Shown here in pieces: positions 23,651-30,663 of a stretch of DNA of 30,663 nucleotides. Where the stretch lies: the IMG/VR virus record IMGVR_UViG_3300025353_000016, positions 1 to 30,663 of that record, one strand, 5' to 3'. The notes under the pieces are model-generated. The model did not search any database. It was not told the origin of the DNA and saw only the letters and a list, made by a program, of their open reading frames with translations. A program made the position numbers and the translations under genes. Each line of letters starts with the position of its first letter. Position 1 is the stretch's first letter. This DNA is from a virus. Its lineage: Duplodnaviria; Caudoviricetes.

Positions 23651-25413
23651 CTGTTCCTTTCAAGTTTGCATCTTGCAATACTGCCAGTACGTCACATCTT
23701 GATGATAATTTTTCCTATTTTGACAAAATAGCACAAAAAAATTATGCCTCGCTCGATTTGGCTTTTGCCGATGCGGCATTAGGCAATATTTCACTCAATT
23801 CAAACGTCACTATTGCCGGTGAAATATATAACTATTACGGCAAATATTTCAAGGACACCAGCGGCAAGTATTACTTCAACTACCTGCCCAGCTTTGCCGT
23901 CGTGGGCGCGTCTATGGGGGCGCACGGCAGCACCAGCTACGGGTTTAGCGGCACATATACAGGCACATACAGCGTTCCGATTGTGGGTTCAAAATCGGCA
24001 ACCTTTACGTTCAGCATTTCAGGCCAAACCACCAGCGTTCCCAACGTGTCAATAGGCCAGCGCATTTACATGGGCGGTGCAAGCCAATCCGAATTTAACG
24101 GCTGTTTCGTGGTCACAGGCATAACATCCGGCACGGTACAATATGACACCATAACATTTACCCTAGCCAAACCGGCCACCGTGACAACGCCAACTTCTGT
24201 AAGCGCTAACGTGTTTATTACTATGTACGCCATGCAGCAGGTCAACGACCTGAATTTCTGGTGTGTGGGCGAGGCGATTGCATCGGCGGCGCGTGGCTCA
24301 AAAGTGATGCGTTACCTTGGAAATTACAGTGTGACGGGTTCGACATCCGCCATGCATACAACATTTGTGGCGGACGCGCTAAACCCCGCCAACAACGACT
24401 ATGGGCTTGTCCCTGATTTCGTCATGCTCGATACGGGCGGCAACGATGTTTTAAGTTTGGCGACCTTCACGCCCGCAGGCGTAGCCGCTTTGTTGGCTAC
24501 CATGAAAACCAACGTGACGGTTTTGATAAACATGATTATTGCGGCGGGTTCAATACCGGTTGTCGGAAGCTTGCCCCCGTTTGCGCACACCGCCGGTTCA
24601 TACAATATGGCTATGAGGGTGTTAGGCGAGCAGTTTAACCAATGGTTGGCGTATCTTGCGAACCAAAACACTATCATTTTTAACAACACCAACCCGTCAT
24701 TAACCGACCAGACAAGCTCTTATCTCGATTATGTCAGCACCTATTCTTTTGATGGAATCCATCCCGTCAAATTGGGCGCTTATGTCATGGGGAAAACCAC
24801 CGCCACCAACCTATTTGCCAACATCATAGGCAAGGACACACGATTGGGGGCGGACATATCGCCCAACCCACAATTCCTGGTCACATCGGGCGGCACATTG
24901 TCCGGGGCGACAGGTGCGGCGGTGGGCGGTGTCACTTTAACGGGCGGCAACACCGCAACCGTTGTGGGCGCAGTCAATGGCATAGCCAACAACGGTTCGG
25001 GAATTGGGCAAAACATAGCGTTCACCGCATCGGCAACAAGTGACTGGGTGGGCTTGTCCGCCCAATTGTCCGGCAGTGTTACGGCAGGAGACAAGATTTA
25101 TTTTCAGGTAAAAATACACCAGCTTGACGCGGCGGCGGTTGCCAACCTTCAAGCCGTTGTGGTTGCCATTTTCTGCACGGTCAACGGCATAGCACAAAGC
25201 ATATCCCTGCCAGCCATAAGCGCCAGCATCAACACGCTAAACAACGGCGATTTCCCAAACCCGATAGATTTCCTGTTTGAAACGCCGCTGTACGTTGTAC
25301 CCGCAAACACCACATCACTACAACCGTTTGTCCGTTTCATTGCCGCAGGTATCATGACAACAGCCAATCTGGTGATAAGCAATTTTGTCGTCAAGAAATG
25401 GACGGGGAACTGA
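23647..25413 (+). CDS. Tail-associated SGNH esterase with beta-sandwich C-terminus (588 aa)
   Basis: N-terminal 'MTVPFKFA...SHLDDNF' anchor-like motif. SGNH blocks are VVGAS (Ser at 23911-23913), GST, DTGGND and DGIHP (24751-24765). Confidence 0.75.
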   Translation: MTVPFKFASCNTASTSHLDDNFSYFDKIAQKNYASLDLAFADAALGNISLNSNVTIAGEIYNYYGKYFKDTSGKYYFNYLPSFAVVGASMGAHGSTSYGFSGTYTGTYSVPIVGSKSATFTFSISGQTTSVPNVSIGQRIYMGGASQSEFNGCFVVTGITSGTVQYDTITFTLAKPATVTTPTSVSANVFITMYAMQQVNDLNFWCVGEAIASAARGSKVMRYLGNYSVTGSTSAMHTTFVADALNPANNDYGLVPDFVMLDTGGNDVLSLATFTPAGVAALLATMKTNVTVLINMIIAAGSIPVVGSLPPFAHTAGSYNMAMRVLGEQFNQWLAYLANQNTIIFNNTNPSLTDQTSSYLDYVSTYSFDGIHPVKLGAYVMGKTTATNLFANIIGKDTRLGADISPNPQFLVTSGGTLSGATGAAVGGVTLTGGNTATVVGAVNGIANNGSGIGQNIAFTASATSDWVGLSAQLSGSVTAGDKIYFQVKIHQLDAAAVANLQAVVVAIFCTVNGIAQSISLPAISASINTLNNGDFPNPIDFLFETPLYVVPANTTSLQPFVRFIAAGIMTTANLVISNFVVKKWTGN

Positions 25414-25464
25414 TTTATTTATTTTTTTATGGTCGTTTATATTAAATCGTAAGCAGGAAAAAAT

Positions 25465-25830
25465 ATGGCAGCCGCAACCGTAAATTTGCCGCCGATTGAG
25501 AAATACGCCAGCTACAATGTGCCAATCACTCTGTACAGTGATTTTTCAGGTGGTACGCCTATTGACCTGACAAGCGTCACGGCTGCTGACATGATGCTAC
25601 GATCGTCTTATACGGGCAGTTCTGTTCTTGAATTGAGCATGGCAAACGGGCATATAACATTCCCCGCTCCAGCCAGCGGCGGCATGAACCTTGTCTTGAC
25701 TCCAACCATTACTGGCGCGTTGACGGCAGGCACTTACATTTATGATTTGTTGTTGACGTATTCAAGCGGTCTAGTGACACGGCTCATTCAAGGAAGTGTG
25801 CCTGTCAATGACGGAGTGACCCATGCCTAA
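25465..25830 (+). CDS. BppU-N-like tail/fibre adaptor (121 aa)
   Basis: SD AGGA and the pattern 'PIDLT...MMLR...LELSMANGHI...YIYDLLLT..GLVTRLIQG.V.V..GVT'. Confidence 0.65.
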   Translation: MAAATVNLPPIEKYASYNVPITLYSDFSGGTPIDLTSVTAADMMLRSSYTGSSVLELSMANGHITFPAPASGGMNLVLTPTITGALTAGTYIYDLLLTYSSGLVTRLIQGSVPVNDGVTHA

Positions 25831-25927
25831 TGTTGTTTCGCCACAAGAAACTATAATTGTTGCGGTCACGGAGCAGCCTCCCTTTCCGGTGACGGTTGGC
25901 GTTAATGCAATCAATGGGGTTATTTAA
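25823..25927 (+). CDS. Unannotated 34-aa ORF in frame with the following tailspike gene
   Basis: GGAG at 25813-25816. It reads MPNVVSPQETIIVAVTEQPPFPVTVGVNAINGVI*, fills the gap exactly, and its TAA abuts GTG 25928. Confidence 0.55.
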   Translation: MPNVVSPQETIIVAVTEQPPFPVTVGVNAINGVI

Positions 25928-28900
25928 GTGGTTCAGCCAGTGGTGATGATGAACGAAACCAACATTATTGCATTGACAGTTGGCGTGCAAGGGCCGCCGG
26001 GGGTTGATGGCATACAATTTTCTGATTTATCGGCGAATGCGCCACTAAATTACAACCCGTCAACGGGTGCTTTTTCGTTGCAGAAAGCGTCCATTACAGA
26101 AGACGGTTATTTGTCTGCTACGGATTGGGCGGCGTTCAATAGCGGTGGCGGTGGCGGGGTGTATTACAAAAACCTGCAAACGGATTTTGGCGCTCAGTCG
26201 TTGCCGCTACAGAATTACACCGGGAACGGCGTTGCTAACAGCAGCAGTTCCGGTGCTTACAATATGACAACTCAGCAGATATTGTCGATGGCGTTGGCGA
26301 ACACGGTTTGCTTGGCTATTGCGTTGGCGTATTGTTCAAACAACGGCGTTTCGTTGTTTGTACCGGATGGCGTTTTTTGGTTTTGCAATTCGCCACTGGA
26401 TTCATATTTTTATTACCAAAACAGCGCATTACCACAAAACGGGCAAGACCCGCTAAATATCCCTGTGATGAAAGGGTTCACCATTTTTGGCAATGGTTGT
26501 AGCTCGGTTTTAAGGGCCATTGGCACACACGGAATACGCCTGACTTCGGCGAACAATGACAATGTGATGACCATCCGCAATGTGTGGATGCAGCCGGGGA
26601 TGTTGCCTTATCCATACACAACCGGGTTTTCAAATTATTATTGGACGTATTACGCCGGAACAAACTATGGTTTTTGGCTGGAAAACACTTACTCTAGCGT
26701 TGCGGCACAAGGTACTCGTGGGCCACAAGGTGGGCAGATCATCAGCAGTAGTGTGTCGGGAAGCACGGTAACAGGCACGTTGTCTTACCCTACGGATTTG
26801 CCGATTTTTGGCAAATTGAACAATATAACCAGTGTGTTAACTAATGGTTATTTGTTTTACCAGAATATTTTGGTGCTGCCGTTCACAAATGCGTTTTCAC
26901 AATCTTCGGGCAGTTCGGCTTATGCGGCGTATCAAGCGGCTTATCTGGCTGACGTGGCAACCGCCAAGGCCAGCATTTGGGGCGCGTCGCTGCCGTTGTT
27001 CAAAACCAGCGTTACTAATGGCGTTACTGGCCCATATCAGTTTATTGGTTACATACTGCCAGCGTTCAGTTCGTTGTCGGTTGGTGACACAATCTATTAC
27101 ATTCCTGACCGCTATAAATTTGTTTACCAGAATACGGGCGGCGTGGCGGCTTTCCTTGCGCCAAATGGCACGGTTGCGACCAATGGCACTATAACGCTGA
27201 ACACGCCGTTACCGGGCGTTTATGCCAATTGCTGGTTAAAACTGCCATCGGGGGCTGTGGCGGGTGGCGTAGCTGGTCTTTATTATTGCCAAATGACTTC
27301 AACAACCACGGGAACGGTTTTAAAATCTTCTAGTGGAAGCAACCTTTGTTTTGTGGCGGACAATTCCACGGGTGACAGCACATTTGAGCCGACAATTCCA
27401 ACGGGAACGCTTGTTGGTGTGCATGGTTCTAACGTTGCCTATACCGCTTCGACAATATTTAATGCGATGTTTTTGCTTGCCGGAACGGGCGTTAATGCAC
27501 CTTTAGTGTCAACAATGGTGAGCGCGGGGCATGGTTCTGGGGCTAACACTACGTTGTTTGTCGAAAATATCAATTTTGCGGTCGATAATGACATTCTTAA
27601 CGAAAGTTACAGACGCGACCAGGCTTATTGTTATTTTATTGAGCTGTTGCATGTTAAAAATGTGCCGATAGGGCGGATTAAACATATTAACGGCAATGGT
27701 TTGGGAAACCCAAACTATATGACCCAGCAATTTTCATCGACCTATGCGGTGTATGTTGACAACCAATGCACTGTAATTTCAGTTGATGATGTTGTAACTA
27801 ACCAATGTGACACTGGAGTTTATTGTGGCTCTACGGAATTTAGCCGTATTGTTGCTATTGAATACAACAACTCGACCGGGTTAGTGACGGTCAAATATTC
27901 AAGCAATGGTCACTATCTAAATACAACGGTTGGCGGCAGTTATGCAAATGCTGTTATCGCCGGAATGGGTGCGGCATGGATGAATACCCAGTCAACCACA
28001 ATAACGGTGGTTGATGCATATACACTTACCTATCAATTGGCGGCGGGGCTTGCAGACGCTAACATCATGCATGTTAGTGTGTCGGCGGCGGGGGTATTGA
28101 CTATAACGCCGCCAAATTCATCCATCAATTACACCAATGGGGTTTCCGGTGCGAATAACGTAACCACCACTAACCAAGGCGGGCCATGTCCTTGGATTTA
28201 TTTGCCTGCCGGTGCGATAGTGGGGCAACCAGCCGGGTGGTATTACAATACGGGCGGTTTTGTTTACACTAACTATAACGCCAAATATGGGGTTACATTG
28301 CCCCAAGCCCCCGGCAGCAATTTGTTGACAACTTTAGCGGTGGGCGACGGAAACACCTATTATGTGTGCAATGACCATTCTAATAACTTGTCTTCTGCTT
28401 TTGGTGACCCAAAAACCGATTATAAAATAATTGGGGATATTTATATCCCGTATAACTGGGATTTGCAGCGTGTAGGCTCTCAGTTTGCCGATTGGTCTGA
28501 AGCGTTGACCATAAACAATATAAATTCATCCCTGACAAATTCTTGCGTGGTTATTGATTATCCTGTAACGCAGCCAGGCCACCAATTAACCAACATAAAT
28601 GGCGCGTCAAGGAATGATAATCTTGTAATAACAACCGGAAATTATTGTTATGTTGACAGGACAATATCAAACAAATTCAAATTGACCGCACAAGGCACAA
28701 GCGGAATTTATTTGGGGTCTTGTGGCAGCAGCACGTTTACTAATGTGAAATGCGTTTCTCAGGATGATAGTTATGTGGATATTGGGATAGAGTTTGGTAG
28801 CCATTATGAGACCGTGCTTAATTATATCGCGTCGACTGATGCTGTTTCACGGGCGGCGAACGGTGCGCAAAATAATAGGGTAAACGGGCTTGATTGTGTT

Positions 28901-30118
28901 CTGATAAATTATTTTGTCCAGTTTGGCCCGATTGCTTATGGCAATTCCATAGGGGATTTTTTGCTTGGGCCTAGGAAATCAGGCCAAATTTCAAATAATG
29001 GGCTTCAATCCCGGGTTATCGCTGATTACACGACGGTTGGCTCAAACAACTATTACCCCTCTGGCGGCTTAGTGCAGGCTTGCACTTTAACGCTATCGGA
29101 AACAACACAATCAATCCCTAGTGGTACGGCGACGGCGGTTGCATGGGATGGCAGCACTGATGGCACGTCTGGAACGTATATATCAAAATTTACTGATTTT
29201 ATTTCAATCAAAAGTGTTAAATCAACTGCATCAACAATAACTTTTACCACCACTGATTATCATGGTTTAGTCACGGGTCAGTATGTAAAAATATACGGAA
29301 TTACAGACAGCGGTTATACCAATGCTAATTATTTTTATCCGGTGGCGATACCTGCAAGTTCCGCCACGGTAACTAGCCCGACAACATTTACTGTTCCAAA
29401 TACCAATTACAGCGCGTCAAACCCAGCAAATGGAACATGGCCGGCTTCAGTAGTATCCACCATTTGTTGCATTGCCGCTGGCTACGCAACAATACCTGCC
29501 AGCTCTACAACTGCCGCCACATTTACAACTGATTTATTATATCCTTTATATGGCTCTTATACAGACACGCCTTATAATTCAAATTTTAAATTAGGAACTG
29601 TATATTTTGACATTTATGATAATAGTTCACCGCCGCAATTTAAAGGGACATATTATTCAGTAACAACCGCAAATGGCGGTTCGTCAAATGTTTTTGTGAT
29701 GTCTATTAGACCATCAATTTTAACAGATTTGACAACAACGGGTTATTTTGCAGTTGTCTATCAGCCAACGGCATTAAGAATACCTAATTCGACATTGCAT
29801 CAATTCCAAATTGGTGCAAGCATCATGTGGGATGTTTCAAGTGCGGGAGCGCCATTAAACCAAACTGAAATTTTATTTATTTTGAATGGCAACACGGGAA
29901 GCTCTATAGCCGATGGGCCAGTAAACACGTTGTCTGCAACAAAAACGACGGTTCAAACGCTTTTAAATGATCTGTTTAACTCGGGGCAGAATTTATATGA
30001 GCTGTATGTTTATCAAAATACTGGAGCGGCTCTAAATATTTTAAAAAACGGTAATACAAATACAATATCGGGCTATGGAAAAAGCTCAAGCTATATGACA
30101 ATTAAACAAGTTTCTTAA
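25928..30118 (+). CDS. Large tail fibre/tailspike with beta-helix-like core and inserted domains (1396 aa)
   Basis: 'VGVQGPPG' and 'GYLSATDWAAFN' fibre motifs, a pectate-lyase-3-like start 'NLQTDFGA...SLFVPDGVF', and T/S/G/N/Y-rich beta composition. Confidence 0.75.
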   Translation: MVQPVVMMNETNIIALTVGVQGPPGVDGIQFSDLSANAPLNYNPSTGAFSLQKASITEDGYLSATDWAAFNSGGGGGVYYKNLQTDFGAQSLPLQNYTGNGVANSSSSGAYNMTTQQILSMALANTVCLAIALAYCSNNGVSLFVPDGVFWFCNSPLDSYFYYQNSALPQNGQDPLNIPVMKGFTIFGNGCSSVLRAIGTHGIRLTSANNDNVMTIRNVWMQPGMLPYPYTTGFSNYYWTYYAGTNYGFWLENTYSSVAAQGTRGPQGGQIISSSVSGSTVTGTLSYPTDLPIFGKLNNITSVLTNGYLFYQNILVLPFTNAFSQSSGSSAYAAYQAAYLADVATAKASIWGASLPLFKTSVTNGVTGPYQFIGYILPAFSSLSVGDTIYYIPDRYKFVYQNTGGVAAFLAPNGTVATNGTITLNTPLPGVYANCWLKLPSGAVAGGVAGLYYCQMTSTTTGTVLKSSSGSNLCFVADNSTGDSTFEPTIPTGTLVGVHGSNVAYTASTIFNAMFLLAGTGVNAPLVSTMVSAGHGSGANTTLFVENINFAVDNDILNESYRRDQAYCYFIELLHVKNVPIGRIKHINGNGLGNPNYMTQQFSSTYAVYVDNQCTVISVDDVVTNQCDTGVYCGSTEFSRIVAIEYNNSTGLVTVKYSSNGHYLNTTVGGSYANAVIAGMGAAWMNTQSTTITVVDAYTLTYQLAAGLADANIMHVSVSAAGVLTITPPNSSINYTNGVSGANNVTTTNQGGPCPWIYLPAGAIVGQPAGWYYNTGGFVYTNYNAKYGVTLPQAPGSNLLTTLAVGDGNTYYVCNDHSNNLSSAFGDPKTDYKIIGDIYIPYNWDLQRVGSQFADWSEALTINNINSSLTNSCVVIDYPVTQPGHQLTNINGASRNDNLVITTGNYCYVDRTISNKFKLTAQGTSGIYLGSCGSSTFTNVKCVSQDDSYVDIGIEFGSHYETVLNYIASTDAVSRAANGAQNNRVNGLDCVLINYFVQFGPIAYGNSIGDFLLGPRKSGQISNNGLQSRVIADYTTVGSNNYYPSGGLVQACTLTLSETTQSIPSGTATAVAWDGSTDGTSGTYISKFTDFISIKSVKSTASTITFTTTDYHGLVTGQYVKIYGITDSGYTNANYFYPVAIPASSATVTSPTTFTVPNTNYSASNPANGTWPASVVSTICCIAAGYATIPASSTTAATFTTDLLYPLYGSYTDTPYNSNFKLGTVYFDIYDNSSPPQFKGTYYSVTTANGGSSNVFVMSIRPSILTDLTTTGYFAVVYQPTALRIPNSTLHQFQIGASIMWDVSSAGAPLNQTEILFILNGNTGSSIADGPVNTLSATKTTVQTLLNDLFNSGQNLYELYVYQNTGAALNILKNGNTNTISGYGKSSSYMTIKQVS

Positions 30119-30136
30119 ACAATTTTGGAGATTGAT

Positions 30137-30562
30137 ATGTTTGGAATAGATGATGCAATAGCGGCTGGTGCGAACCTGATCACTAAGATTTTGGACAAGG
30201 TCGCACCGGACGCGGATGAAGCGGAAAAAAATAAATTGACGTTGGCTTTGACTGAAATGCAGAACGAGTATGCCGCCACTTTGAAACAGATAGACGTTGA
30301 CAACACTGAAGCGGCTAACCCGCACTGGTTTGTGGCCGGATGGAGGCCGTTTATCGGTTGGGTGTCAGGATTGGGGATTGGCTACCAAGTGCTTTTGTCG
30401 CCTATCCTGAACGGTATATTGGGTACTTTTGGCATACCCGCCCCGTTCCCGTTGGTTGATACCAGCTTGCTGCAAACACTGATTGGCGGCATGTTGGGTC
30501 TTGGTCTGGCGCGTAGTTATGACAAATCCAAGGGCATTGACACAACAGGATTAACAAAATGA
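30137..30562 (+). CDS. 3TM holin family protein (GTA-holin/DUF3154-like; 141 aa from ATG 30137)
   Basis: GGAG at 30127-30130 and the family signatures 'WFVAGWRPFIGWV' and 'GGMLGLGLARSYDK.KG'. Confidence 0.8.
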   Translation: MFGIDDAIAAGANLITKILDKVAPDADEAEKNKLTLALTEMQNEYAATLKQIDVDNTEAANPHWFVAGWRPFIGWVSGLGIGYQVLLSPILNGILGTFGIPAPFPLVDTSLLQTLIGGMLGLGLARSYDKSKGIDTTGLTK

Positions 30563-30663
30563 GAACAATAGCAACTTTAATTGTATGTTTATTTTTTAAT
30601 GTTTCTTTTGCAGAAACAAAATTAGGCATAAATATTCAGGGTGCGTGTGATTGGTGTTGCGAC
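30559..30663 (+). CDS. 5' end of a secreted protein (signal peptide), truncated by window edge
   Basis: AGGA SD and ATGA overlap. It reads MRTIATLIVCLFFNVSFA-ETKLGINIQGACDWCCD..., with an SPase-I-like VSFA site. Confidence 0.6.
   Translation, partial: MRTIATLIVCLFFNVSFAETKLGINIQGACDWCCD

Noticed and set aside
1-30663. Diversity-generating retroelement, invertase shufflon, integrase, IS or recoded stop codons
   Set aside because: I saw no reverse transcriptase, recombinase or transposase motifs and no TR/VR pair. Long ORFs are intact under the standard code, with all three stops used.

Overview
This window is the late (virion morphogenesis) region of a tailed phage or prophage with a podovirus-type gene order resembling the 933W/Stx-phage late operon. 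In order it holds: the probable end of the major capsid gene, a decoration-like protein, two head-tail adaptor genes flanking a beta-helix+SGNH tailspike, a tail nozzle, a short fibre, a GNAT-like gene, four ejection proteins, and a 3721-aa polyvalent protein. That protein carries a Dam-like N6-adenine methyltransferase, two metallopeptidase motifs, LPD23-like and PLxRFG regions, and an apparent scar of a deleted ART domain. After it come a convergent minus-strand accessory gene and a second module (holin-like gene, SGNH tail protein, BppU-like adaptor, 1396-aa tailspike, 3TM holin, start of a secreted protein). The most unusual signals are several protein-like small ORFs overprinted in the +1 frame of the giant gene's linkers, a 100-bp intergenic region with two mutually exclusive folds upstream of the ejection genes, and unannotated small ORFs coupled to downstream genes. 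All family assignments come from motif recognition by eye, not from database searches.
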